A program made the translations under genes and the position numbers. Shown piece after piece: positions 40,160 through 64,000 of a stretch of DNA of 64,000 nt (positions are counted from its first letter, which is position 1; the number at the start of each line of letters is the position of its first letter). The DNA comes from Malacoraja senta (Eukaryota): contig CM075988.1 of the NCBI GenBank assembly GCA_038087875.1, forward strand, positions 8,310,001-8,374,000. The letters are read 5' to 3'. The notes under the pieces are model-generated. The model did not search any database, was not told the origin of the DNA, and worked only from the letters and a program-made list of their open reading frames with translations.

Positions 40160-40703
40160 GAAAGGCACAGCAGGGAAACAGGCCCTTCAGCACACCGAGT
40201 CCATGCGGACCCTCGACCACCCATTCACTAGTTCTTGTTAACCCAATTTCACATCCACTCCGTACACACTAGGGGCACTTTACAGAGGCCAATTAACCTA
40301 CAAACCCGCAAGCCTTTGAGTTGTGGGAGGAAAGCAGAGCACCTGAAGGAAACCCAATGGGAAGAATGTGCAAATTCAACACAGAGAGCACTTCAGGCTT
40401 AGCTTAGTTTAGTTTAGTTTAGAGATACAGCGCAGAAACAGGTCCTTCAGCCCACCGAGTCCTCACCGACCAGCGATCCCCACACATTAACACTATCCAA
40501 CATACGCTTGGGTTAAATTTAAACTCATACCAAGCCAATTAACTTACAAACCTGTACGTCTTTGGGAATGTGGGAGAAACCGAAGATCTCGGAGAAAACC
40601 CATGTGTCATGGGGAGAACGTACAAACTCCGTACAGACAGCACCTGTGTTCAGGATTGAACCCGGGTCTCCGGCGCTGTGAGGCATCAGCATTACCACCT
40701 TGT
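40160..40703 (-). mobile_element. Two adjacent HE1-like V-SINEs
   Basis: Two tail/V-domain units in tandem. Confidence 0.85.
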
Positions 40704-42039
40704 GCTAAAGAGTACAGTGTAAATGCCACAGATGGCTGTGCAAACGGACATGGGGTCTTTTTCAAAGCGGAGATTGACAGGTTCTTGATTTATAAGGATG
40801 TCAAAAGGTCACGGGGAGAAGGCTGGAGAATGGGGCTGAGAAGGAGAAATAGATCTGCCATGATCGAATGGTGGAGCAGACTCGAAGGGCCAAATGGCCC
40901 AATTCTTCTCCTATGTCTTATGATCTTATTCATCTCCCTTCACAAGAACCCAGATGCTTCCAGTCCATTTGAATGGAATGATGATCAAAGTATTTTGAAG
41001 CAATTTAAACAAGAGAGGCCAGTCAGTGGCTGGAATCAATCCTGATGCCTCCACAAAGACACACATGTGCACGTATGTGTGATTGCTCCTCTGATTTTGA
41101 ACAGACTTAGGATCAGACTTGGGATAAATGCCAGAGAAAAACAGCTGAAAACCATTCCTCTAATTCTCTGGTAACTGTTAGAAATTCTATTCAGTTATGA
41201 TGATGGGCATTTACTATATTTTTCCGTATGTGGACTCATATACGGTTGATCTATGCTCGAGTAACACTATATAACTGAACTCGTCTGCATCTGCTTGCAA
41301 GAGATACCAGCATATTTGTGGTGTCCAATGTTTTGTGCTCGAAAAATGATTTACATTTCAAAGGATCTTTTTAAGGATTGGAAACGATTCCAGATAAAAG
41401 TACCATATTTAAATGAGACAAGAAAAATAGTAATTATCTTCTACAAACGTCCCAGAGTTCCACCCTCTGCTGCTAATAACATATAAAGCGTATTAGCAGT
41501 CAGTGAAAGTGATAGGAAACAATGAGATCTGACTTATCTAACAGTTAAGAGTCAGAACGCTGAGAGTCGGATAAAGTGATAGTTGACAATCCATTTGTCG
41601 ATTGATAAATGCAACTAATTTTTCCAAACCACAATGATCATTTAACAATTCAAAACAGAATGCTCTAAACACCATCAATAGAAAATAGGTGCAGGAGTAG
41701 GCCATTCAGCCCTTTGAGGGTGAATAGCAAGGGCAAGAAATGACTGTGGCAATGCAATGTTCACAAATTTCAGAACTGATAGATATTGGGAACAGAGGCA
41801 CAAGGAACTGCAGATGCTGGTTTACACAAAAAAGACACAAAGTGCTGGAGTAACTCAGTGGGTCAGGCAGCATCTCTAGAGAAAATGGATAGGTGATGTT
41901 TCGGGACCCTTCATCAGATCTTTCTTCAGGTTGGGAACTGGTCAGTTTTTAAGACAAGGAATGTTTGCTTTGAGGAGGCTGGTAATGATGCAGGGAAAGG
42001 AAAAGGATATGAGAATAGAGAACCAACCAGGTCTGGGAG

Positions 42040-42245
42040 CAGATACAAAGTGCTGGAGTAATTCAGCGGGTCAGGCAGCACCTCCAAAGAGAAAGGATGG
42101 GTAACGCTTCTTCTGAAGAAGGGTTCTGACCCGAAACATCACCGATATTTTTTTCCTCCAGAGATGCTGCCTGAACCGCTGAGTTACTCCTGCACTTTGT
42201 GTCTATCTTCGGTAAAAATCAGCATCTGCAGTTCTTTGCTACACA
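42040..42245. mobile_element. PLE terminal-repeat fold-back with central hammerhead-like motif (42113-42140)
   Basis: Inverted arms flank ctgaagaagggttctgacccgaaacatc. Confidence 0.75.
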
Positions 42246-42419
42246 GCTATGGGGGCAGTTGTTCGCTGGACTGGGAGAGCAGGAGTGAGCCGCCTCGACA
42301 AGATGGGCTCTGAGGGGATAGAGAGGACAGAGGTTGGAACAAGAAGCCTGAGATCGGAAAGGTTCAGAAGTCAACAAAGGAGAGACAAGATAATGAGGAG
42401 GCAGGGGAGGCTAGAATAT

Positions 42420-44340
42420 TAGCAATCCATCAGTATCTTTAAAACAGACAGGAACAACTTTTGAAATCTGTAAAAAGAAAAGATTAACAGAAGTTGACTA
42501 GTGGACTGGGACTGGAGATATTATATTTGGGAATAAAGAAATACCAGGACAATCAAACAATTATTTTGTGTCTGACTCAATTGAAGAGGAGGAAACCTCC
42601 AGAAATACAGGTCTAGAGTGCACACAGAATTGAAGGAAATTAGCATTTGTAACAAAAACTATTTTTGAAAAATAAGTAATGTTCCCACGGTTGGGGGTTC
42701 TGTAACCCAAGATTTTAGCAATGGAAATACTGATCATCATTTTCCAGAATTGCATAGATTTTAAAATGGTCCCCACTGACTGGGAAGCAGCAAATGTAGC
42801 CCGACAATAAACAGGCAAAGAATGAACATTGGGAATTACGGACTGATTAGTCTTACATCTGTGATTGGAAAAATCCTGGAATCGATTATTAAGAAAGTGG
42901 GAACAGGACATTTATATATGTAAATCATGCTTAATACACCTGTTTGATTTATATGTGTAGGAAGGAACTGTAAATGCTGGTTTGCACCAAAGATGGATAC
43001 AAAAAAGCTGGAGTACCACAGTGGGTCAGGCAGCATCTCTGGAAAAAGGTGACATTTTGACCCGAAGCGTCATCTATTTATTTTCTCCAGAGATGCTGCC
43101 TGATCAGCTGGGTTACTCTAATATTTTTAGTCTATGTTTGATTGAACCAGAGTATGTGATGTATTAAAACTTTCAGCAGGCTTTTGTTCAGGTGACACAA
43201 GAGGTTATTAAACAAAAATAGAGAACATAGGATTTTGAGGTAAGATTAATGGACGTAAAACAGATTGGGAATAAATGGGCCATTTTGAAGTTGGGATGCC
43301 ATAGGGATTGGTGTTGGGGACCCAGCTGTTCAGAAACTATATCAATAATTGGACGAGGAGAACAATTGTGATATGTCCAACTTTGCGGATGATACAAATC
43401 ATCAGTGTGACTTGTGAGAAGGATCGAGAGAGGCAGCAGAGGTTGATAGGCTAAGTGAATAGGGCAGATGGAATAGAGTGGGGAAACAAATACAAGGTCA
43501 TGATCATTGGTAGAAGAAATAGAATAGCAGATGAGGGATTGAAATGATGAAGGATTGAAGTCCATCATTGTTTGATAGAGGGACTGCAGCCCTTGCACTT
43601 GTTTTAACTGCGTTGTCTCTGTAGATGTGTATTATATTGTACCTTGTTTATTTTCTCTTTTGTACTACCTGATGGACTCATGTACGGTACTATTTGCTTG
43701 AATAGCACGTAAAAAAACCCAAGTTTTTCACTGCATCTCGTTAGGCATAATCATTGTAAACTATTGCACATAAATGTTGGCTTTAAGAAGGATCTCTTAC
43801 AAAAAAAACCCTGAAAATTCACATGCAGGCACATTTAGCAAATAGGAAGGTAAATTGTATGAGGATCTGAATTATGTAGAGCCTTATAAAATACATCCTC
43901 CCTCCCCTTTCAGCTATCACCTGCATCCATGCAGAGCTCATGGACATTATTTACTTCACTACTAACTTCCACCCTGTCCTCAAATTCATCAGGACTATCT
44001 CAGACACCTTCCTACCCTTTCAGCAATGGACTCCAAAACTATATCTGGATTATGTATATGTGTCTGGTCTCTGTACCTCAGGAGTTATATACTTGAGATA
44101 CAGGAAATGTGGTAAAGGTCACTAGATTGATTTCAGGGGTTGGGAGGTGTAGGGTATGTCCAATGGGGAAGATTATCAGACTGGGCCTATACTTTCTAGA
44201 GTTTAGAAGAATAAGAAGTAATCCCAGTGAAGCATATAACATTCTTATAGATTTGACAGGGTGAGGCAGGTATGACGTTTCCCCTGGTTTATGGAGCAGA
44301 GATAACAGTCTCAAAGTAAACACTCAGCCATTCAGGAATG
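42420..44340 (+). mobile_element. Long decayed CR1 LINE (RT region to 3' end) with nested inserts
   Basis: Decayed CR1 motifs: VPTDWEAANV, GNYGLISLTSVIGKILESII, MSNFADDT, LGLYFLEFRRI. Confidence 0.7.
43925..44050 (+). mobile_element. Penelope-like RT fragment
   Basis: ELMDIIYFTTNFHPVLKFIRTISDTFLPF matches the PLE RT motif N..HP.(L/I)KFT......LPFLD. Confidence 0.7.
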
Positions 44341-45066
44341 GAATAAGACCGATCAGTCTGAAGAAGGGTCCCAACCGGAAACATCGCTAATCTACATTCT
44401 CCAGAGATGTGGCCTGACCTGCTGAGTTACTCTAGCACTGAGTGTCCTTTATAGCATTTACCATGTTTAGCTTAATTTTTTCAATACTATGTAAAAACCT
44501 CATTCCCATCTGAAGGTTTATCGATCTTTTTCTGTTTCCATCTTGGTGACGCGGAAGACAAAACCAGGGCTTTGCATCTCACTGAAACTGAAAGTTGCAG
44601 AAAGCAACTTTAGTTGCTGAACATGTAGAAAAAAAACCATCAACATCTTCAGTCCCCTGTGGCCAGAGAGAGAGAAAGCAGCTTCATTTGAGGCAACATG
44701 GCATTAAAGTGAGGTACGACAGTGGGTCAGGCAGCATCACTGGAGAAAAGGAATAGGTGATGTTTTTTCTTAAGACTTCTGCAGTCTGAAGAAGGGCATT
44801 GACCCGAAACATCACCTATTCATTTTCTCCAAAGGTGCTGCCTAACCCACTGAGCTACTCCAGCTTTTTGTGTCTATCTTTGGTGTAAACCAGCTTCTGA
44901 AATTCCTTCCTACACACTAAACTGTCGGACCAATTTCAATGATTCTGAAAGATTTTACAATCGTGAATGAACGCCCAGGATTTGGTCTGGAGCCTTAGCC
45001 AGCTGAATCAGACAGTAGGTAGTTCTTCCAATTAGCTGTCTATGGGACGGTTGCCTGTTATGTCTT

Positions 45067-45267
45067 TAAGAAAGACTGCAGATGCTGGAAAATCCCAGGT
45101 AGACAAAAATGCTGGAGAAACTCAGCGGGTGCAGCAGCATCTATGGAGCGAAGGAAATAGGCAACGTTTCGGGCCTGAAGGAGGGTTTCGGCCCGAAACG
45201 TTGCCTATTTCCTTCGCTCCATAGATGCTGCTGCACCCGCTGAGTTTCTCCAGCATTTTTGTGTACC
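45067..45267. mobile_element. PLE-derived fold-back element with a 15-bp TSD
   Basis: Near-perfect inverted arms (ggtagacaaaaatgctgg...acgtttcgggcc / ggcccgaaacgt...catttttgtgtacc). The direct repeat tgcctgttatgtctt lies at 45052-45066 and 45268-45282. Confidence 0.88.
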
Positions 45268-45694
45268 TGCCTGTTATGTCTTCATATAGGGAGTTCGACT
45301 GTGCCAAAGCAAACTATTAATTTTTGGAGCATCTTGGGCATTCTGAGGATGTAGAGGATGTAATATAAAGTCAAGTTCTTTCCCAGTTTCATTAAGATAT
45401 TGCAGTTTGCAACGTGAGTTTATTTCTGACAATGATTTGACGTGAAATGTTGACTGTTTCTTGTCCTACTGATGTGCCCAGACCTGTTGAGTATTTCAGA
45501 ATGTTTTGTTTTTATTTATGACTTCTCGTTTGCCCAAATGAAAACAGGAGCCATCCAAGATTATTCTTTTTTTTTTTAAATTATGGAACAAAGATTCAGA
45601 GAGATGTGTAGGAAGGAACTGGTTGAGACCGAAGATAGAGACAAAAAGCTGGAGTAACACTGCGACTCTAGCAGCATCTCTGGAGAAAAGGAAT

Positions 45695-45730
45695 AGGTGA
45701 CGTTTCGGGTTGAGACCCTTCTTCAGACCC
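45695..45730 (-). ncRNA. Best-preserved minimal type I hammerhead-like motif
   Basis: Minus strand GGGU-CUGAAGA-A-GGGU-CUCA-ACCC-GAAAC-GUC-ACCU has an intact core, 4-bp stem II, 4-bp stem I (one G:U) and a GUC cleavage triplet. Confidence 0.65.
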
Positions 45731-46881
45731 TCTTCAGAGGGATATGGATCAAACATGGTAAAGTGGGACTAGTGTAGATGGGCATCTAGGTCACCTGGCA
45801 TGGATAGGGTCGATGGGCCTATGTTGTAGGACTATGACGCTTTCTACAAGCTGTGACACTGAGCGTCATAAATTCAGTGAGTCTGTCTTTGTGAAAATTA
45901 TGAAAAAAAATTCTGCTTAAAAATCAGGAAACTATTCCCCTAGGACTGGTTTCTTCCTTCTCACCAAGCATGTTCAGTATTACTTTGATCCACATAAAAA
46001 CAAAAAAACCCACCCTTTAAGTTTAATGAGCATGTCTGTGGAGCTGGTTGTGGCTTTATTTAGTGTAAAAATTCACAGGAATTAGCCATCCTCTCACAGA
46101 ATACCAGATCAGTCAGTGTGGAAGGCAGCACTGACATTGACAGATGCATCTTTTTAGAAGCAGAACACAAAAAAAATCAGAAATAAATGGGAGCTATTTA
46201 TTCAATAAAATGGCCAGACATTCCTGGCTTGTGGCCAGATGGGTATCATTTGCTCATTCTGCTGTCTAAAAATACTACCTTTTATCGAGTGATGTACTGC
46301 AATGTACACATGAGCCACTGAGATCTCTGTGATGTGAGGAACACTTAATCAAATGGAAGGTTTGTAATATGCGCAAACACAATTAAATTCATTACACATG
46401 CAGTGACCATCACTTGTACATTCAATTTGCAATTATTCCATGTGTACATTAATCAACGTGTACGACTGTAATTCAGACCCGTTCACCCATCAACTCTCGG
46501 CTCGATGCTCTATGCTGGCATACAATGCAAAGATACTCAACTATCAGCTTCTCATCCTTATTTTTAAATCCCTCCATTAATTTACTCCTTTCATTCTGCA
46601 ACATCCTTGAACCGTACTCCCCCTCGGCAAGCTCCTGCAATTCCCCCATCCCAATCATCCCTGAATTTAATCACTCCATTACTGGAGCCATAGATAAACT
46701 TAACTCGCAGAGCCTCCACTTCCCCTGTCCTTCAATGTCCTTCAAATTCTATCAGTCTGAAGAAGTGTCCCATCCCGAAACGTCATCTGTCCATTTCTCT
46801 CCACACATGCTGCCTGACCTGCTGAATTCACCCAGCACTTTGTTTTTTTGCTCAAGATTCCAGCATCTACCATCTCTTTAA

Positions 46882-47516
46882 AGGCCTGTCTCACGAGTCT
46901 GCGGTCATTGGCGGTGATACAGGAAGTATCTACCGCTCGTGGACCGCCAGAGACCGCGGGTTCGGTCAAACGCACACCGCCGGGGCCGTGCGGCGTTTGT
47001 CCCAACACCGCACGGTGCTCAGAAAAAGTCAGCAATGTCCAAAAATAATTTCTTACCGCACAGCCGCCGCCAGTGAGGCACGAGTGCGGCACGGTCACCG
47101 CCACAGCCGCCGCCAGTGCGGCACGAGTGCGGCACGGTCACCGCCACAGCCGCCGCCAGTGAGGCACGAGTGCGGCACGGTCACCGCCACAGCCGCCGCC
47201 AGTGCGGCACGAGCGCCGTAAGTCGAACTCTCACCGCCACAGCCTCCGCCAGTGAGGCACGTGTGCGGCACGGGCGCCGCCACAGCGCCGCGATCAGCAC
47301 TACCGCCGCCACAGCCCCGCTTGTCTTTTATAAAGCAAATTTCTATAACACCGCAAGCTCGTGGGACCGGCCGTACTGAGATCACTCGACCCCGCGCAGC
47401 ATCCGTGCGGCGCTCCCGCGGCATAGGCTCGGCGCTCTCGTGGTTGACGTGCGGTCCCCTCTTCCGGCGACGCCGCGCTTCACCGCCAATGACCGCAACA
47501 CCGTGAGACAGAGCCT
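46882..47516. mobile_element. PIF/Harbinger-type MITE, family D (635 bp, very GC-rich)
   Basis: Termini AGGCCTGTCTCACGAGTCTGCGGTCATTGGCGGTGA and TCACCGCCAATGACCGCAACACCGTGAGACAGAGCCT. TAA TSD at 46879-81 and 47517-19. Confidence 0.82.
47059..47315 (+). repeat. 43-bp minisatellite inside MITE D
   Basis: Unit cacagccgccgccagtg(a/c)ggcacgagtgcggcacggtcaccgc starts at 47059, 47102, 47145 and 47188, then degenerates. Confidence 0.95.
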
Positions 47517-47864
47517 TAAGTCTTCAAAATCTAATTCCTTAAAAAATGTTTTGGTCACCTGCTCTAATAATCTTCTTATGTGACTTGACGTCAAATTTTG
47601 ACTGATAATGTTCACACGTATTCTTAGTGCTCTGTAAATGCAGATTGGTTTAGTTTAGTTTAGATATACACCATGTAAACAGGCCCTTCAGCCCACCAAG
47701 TCCATGCTGGCCAACGATCACCGGTACACAAGTGCTCTGTTAACCCAGTTTCGCATCTGACATACCAGGGACAATGTACAGTAGCCAATTAACCTACAAA
47801 CCTGCACGTCTTTGGAATGTGGTGCAAGATTAAATTCTATATGGAATACTCAGATCTTATTTAT

Positions 47865-48272
47865 GGCAGAAGAGAGAACAGGAGAGTTATGACATAGGAC
47901 ATGGTACTGCTGTAAATGGTGTGGGGGAACATCTTGGGAAATGATTACCAGCATACAGGGAAAACATTGAAGAAGATGCTCCTCGCCCTTTTGAAGAAGA
48001 ACCTCTGGGCCATGAACAATTGTAGTGGAGAAGGAGCATTCAGAATGGTATTGAGGAACACAAGCCACGCATCAGTGCCCCACCAAAGCCCTGGGTATGC
48101 AGCAGAAGGATTCTACCTCCTCATTAACTAGTTACCTACTCGTTGCCGTTGGCATGTAGAAGAGTGTGCAGATCCCAGTTGACCTCATCAGCCACTTCAA
48201 AACCCACAAAACTAGAGTAAAGGGAAGTAATCCTCTCTCAGGAGGGACTGCCTAAGAAGAAAGAAGAAAGAT
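47865..48272 (+). mobile_element. RTE-clade LINE 3' end
   Basis: Decayed tggagaaggagcattcagaatggtattgag...catcagccacttcaaaacccac...gggactgcctaagaagaaagaagaaaga with a GAA tail. Homologous to 10815-11065. Confidence 0.65.
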
Positions 48273-49039
48273 GAACACTGTGAATTGGGTACATATGTGC
48301 ATAATTCCTTGAGAGCGGTAGGACGTGTTCAGAAAGAGATTAGTAAAGCTTGTAAGACACTAGGAATGTCCCAGAAGGTTTGAGAAATAAGAATAAAAAA
48401 GAAGTAAGGTTATAGTTGCAACATTTATGAATATTTTATCACTGCTGGGCCAATTCTGGTCACGATACTTTTTGAAGGAAGGGGAGGGCGCAGGAGAGAT
48501 TTACTGGATTAGGTCGAAGAACAAGGAATTTCAGCTGCAATGTTGGCAGGGAAATTGGAATTCTTCTCCGTGGAGCAAAGTGTTTGTGAAAAGATTTGAC
48601 AAAGGTGTAGTTCGCGGCAAGTGTCTTAACGATAGAAATTTCCCAAGACAGACACACAAGACAGACACATCAGGTCGGGCAGCATCTCTGGAGAAAAAGA
48701 ATAGGTGACATTTCAGGTTGGGAACCCTTCTGCACAAATTTCCATGAGTGGATAATGAATAGAACAGAGACCAAACATTCAAAATGTTGGGAAACAACGC
48801 AAGAACGTACAAAGAATGTACTTAGTTATGCTGAGTGATTATGATCGGGGACTCACTGACTATATGGGACGTGGAAACAGTGCCCATCAGGATTTTCCAA
48901 AGGGACAGAGACCAGTCTATAAAGAAAAAATGAGGAATAAGAACCTTCAGGGAATAATGGGAGAATGGAGTTGCATTTTTGTAAGGAACCAGCATCATGA
49001 GAATGGATCATGAGGCCTACTTCCCAAAGATTTTCGCTT

Positions 49040-49326
49040 TAATTTTAGACATACAGCATGGAAACAGGCCCTTTGGCCCACCGAGTCTTTACCGACCAAT
49101 GATCACCTGAACACTAGTTCTATCCCACGCACTAGGGTAAATTTACGGAAGCAAACCCACAAACCTGCACCCCTTTGGAATGTGGGAGGAAACTAGAGCA
49201 CCCAGAAAACTTAAGCAGTCACAGGAAGAATGTACGAGCTCCACACAGACGGCACCTGGGGTCAGGATCAAACCCAGATGTTTGGCACTGTAAAGCAGCA
49301 GCTCTACCACTGTGCCACTGTGCCAC
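49040..49326 (-). mobile_element. HE1-like V-SINE
   Basis: Tail, V-domain and head present. Confidence 0.82.
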
Positions 49327-50404
49327 CTTTTTCATTCTGTTATTTGAAAAGAAAGGAATCTCCAGCAGAGATCTCGCCAATCTTATTCCTTCAGGCAGCA
49401 CAACCAAAACAGATTATCTGAGTTATTCTGTTTGTGTGACCTAGTTTTGCAAATTGGTCAATAACTCTAACATCATTACAAATACTGTACGCATCAAAAC
49501 CATTGGCAGCAGAGACATCTTAGATTAAAGAAGCCCCTTGTAAATGTAAATGTATTTTTCACCGGTTTATATCCAAATTCACTGAGGCAAGTGATTATTT
49601 TTCACTCTGCTCAATAAACAAATGTAATGCCAGGAGCAAATTTATCGCAGGTGCTTTGCAAAGTAGAAATGGCTTAAAATATGTGCATAAGAAAAAGGTT
49701 TATGAAAGCATATAGATATGTGTGAGCGTCTTAATGAAAACCTGTGCACATGGATGTGAAAGTTTGGCCGACAGAGTCTATTTTCATTGCCTTCTTGCCC
49801 AAACCTCTCACCCATCGTTCCCCCATATTGTGCCCCATCAATGTCCTTTACTTATTCCCACGCAGACTGTCCCATCTCCAGCTCCCTGTGATGGAGTGGT
49901 AATATTTTCTACCACATACAAATAAAACGAAATGAAACTTCAATCGGGCAATTATTGGCATCATTGGTGCTGTTGCTGTCACTGTTGATGTTGTTGTTGT
50001 TGTTGTTGTTGAACCACTGTTGTGTTTATAATGTATTATTATTTGTATGATCATAATCAGAGTCAGCTTCAATGCTTTTATTGTCGCTGTTAACGCTGTT
50101 GGCACAGCTAAACTTGTTGAGTTTATAGTTTAGTTTAGTCTAGAGATACAGCGTGGAAACAGGCCCTTCGGCCCACCGAGTCCACACTTACCTTCGACAG
50201 CCCATTTACAATAATCCTACACGAGTCTAATCCGACTTTATTCTCTATATATTGCCATTAATTCATCCCAAATTCTACAGCTCACCTACACACTAAGGGC
50301 AATTTACTGCAGCCTACCAGCGATCCCTGTACACTAACGCTATCCTACACACACTACGGACAATTTACAATTTCACTGAAGCCTATTATCCTAAAAATTT
50401 ACAG

Positions 50405-50750
50405 GTATGAATATTGATTTCTCTAACGCCAAGTAACCCCGGCATTCCCTCTCTCTCTCTCTCCATCCCTCTCCACCCAAGTCGCACTCGCTTCTCGTTT
50501 TCACCCAACTAACAGCTAACAATGGCCGATTTCCTTTATCATCGTGACTTTTTTGCATATCTTTCATTCATTGTTCTTTATCTCTCTATATCATCATCTA
50601 TATCTCTCGTTTCCCTTTCCCCTGACTAGTCTGAAGAAGGATTTCGACCCAAAACGTCACCCATTACTTCTCTCCAGAGATGCTGCCTGCCCCGCTGAGT
50701 TACTCCAGCTTTTTGTGCCTATCTTCGGTTTAAACCAGCATTTGCAGTTC
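50405..50750 (+). mobile_element. PLE 3' end and terminal repeat nested in a SINE
   Basis: ggtatgaatattgatttctctaac (GMNIDFSN) through ctgaagaaggatttcgacccaaaacgtcacc...ccagcatttgcagttcc. The SINE resumes at ~50752. Confidence 0.8.
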
Positions 50751-50887
50751 CAACCTACAAACATGTACGTCTTTAGAGTGTGAGAAGAAACCGGAGGATC
50801 CTGGAGAAAACCCATGCAGGTCACGGGGAGAACGTACAAAATCCAACACCTGTGGTCAGGATCGAACTCGGGTCTCTGGCGCTGTTA

Positions 50888-51487
50888 AGGGGCTGTCCCA
50901 CTGCGGCGGCCTAATCCGCGAGTTCAGAAGAGTTTGCCCTCGACTTAAACTCGCAGCATGGTTGACACGAGGTCCTCGGAGGTCTTTGTAACTCTCCTTC
51001 ATGCTTGAGAGTAGTCTCCCCCGTACTCGAGGCCTCAGCTAGGTCGCGGCGTATTTTTCAACATGCTGAAAATGCCCACGAGTAAAAAAAAGGTTGCCAT
51101 GGAAAAAAATCGATATTTTATTTTTACTCGTAGGTTTAGTCGAAGTAGGTCGTAATAGATCTTGGTAGGTCGGCATGTTATTCGTAGGTAATCGAAGGTC
51201 GTCAAAGGTAATCGAAGGTAGTCGAAGGTAGTCGTAGATAGTCTTGAACATAGTCGAAGGGAGGTCGAAGGAGATTGAAGGAGGTCGTCTTCACTCTCCA
51301 CTATTCGGTGTCCAATTTTCCTGAAGCTAGTCTTCAACATAGTCGAAGCAGGTCAAAGGAAGTCTTCTACATAGTCGAAGGAGGTCTTCAATATGACACT
51401 TTTTCAAACTCTCCTAAACTCTTCTAAACTTGCCAATTAGTGGGACAGGTCCTTAAGGCAGCAACACGCCGCAGTGGGACAGGCCCT
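50888..51487. mobile_element. PIF/Harbinger-type MITE, family E, inserted in a SINE head
   Basis: Left end AGGGGCTGTCCCACTGCGGCG; right end CGCCGCAGTGGGACAGGCCCT plus TAA. It splits the SINE motif ggcgctg-taa-ggcagcaac. The left TSD reads TTA (one mismatch). Internal ~10-bp AGTCGAAGG repeats. Confidence 0.82.
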
Positions 51488-51526
51488 TAAGGCAGCAACA
51501 CTACCCCATGTTTGTTGCTGTATACG

Positions 51527-51726
51527 NNNNNNNNNNNNNNNNNNNNNNNNNNNNNNNNNNNNNNNNNNNNNNNNNNNNNNNNNNNNNNNNNNNNNNNNNN
51601 NNNNNNNNNNNNNNNNNNNNNNNNNNNNNNNNNNNNNNNNNNNNNNNNNNNNNNNNNNNNNNNNNNNNNNNNNNNNNNNNNNNNNNNNNNNNNNNNNNNN
51701 NNNNNNNNNNNNNNNNNNNNNNNNNN
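51527..51726. other. Assembly gap (200 N)
   Basis: Run of exactly 200 N. Confidence 1.

Positions 51727-64000
<12,274 letters not shown>

Noticed and set aside
47059..47315. CRISPR-like array
   Set aside because: Contiguous tandem units with no unique spacers, no cas genes, and a eukaryotic context.
46742..47615. Several GC-rich ORFs suggesting a CpG-island first exon
   Set aside because: The region is bounded by TIRs and a TAA TSD, and the ORFs come from the 43-bp minisatellite.

Overview
This is repeat-dense vertebrate genomic DNA, most likely from a cartilaginous fish (skate/ray-like). That assignment is inferred from an HE1-type tRNA/V-SINE sharing its 3' tail with HER1/CR1 LINEs, together with Rex1/Babar, RTE and Penelope-like (PLE) fragments. 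I could not support any host protein-coding gene. Nearly all listed ORFs are transposon remnants, microsatellites or chance ORFs, and only a few weak exon candidates remain. The main structural points are: (1) two 200-N scaffold gaps; (2) everything after the second gap (51727-64000) is a near-identical copy of 25284-37572, probably a retained haplotype; (3) many PLE terminal-repeat modules carrying minimal hammerhead-ribozyme cores, often as fold-back hairpins, one with a 15-bp TSD; (4) five different CpG-rich PIF/Harbinger-type MITEs sharing AGGGCCTGTCCCAC-like termini with TAA/TTA TSDs; (5) a non-autonomous Helitron; (6) an unclassified TIR element at an AGCT site; (7) a ~230-bp orphan hairpin; (8) a strong SINE orientation bias. 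Repeat boundaries are approximate unless a TSD or terminus is quoted.
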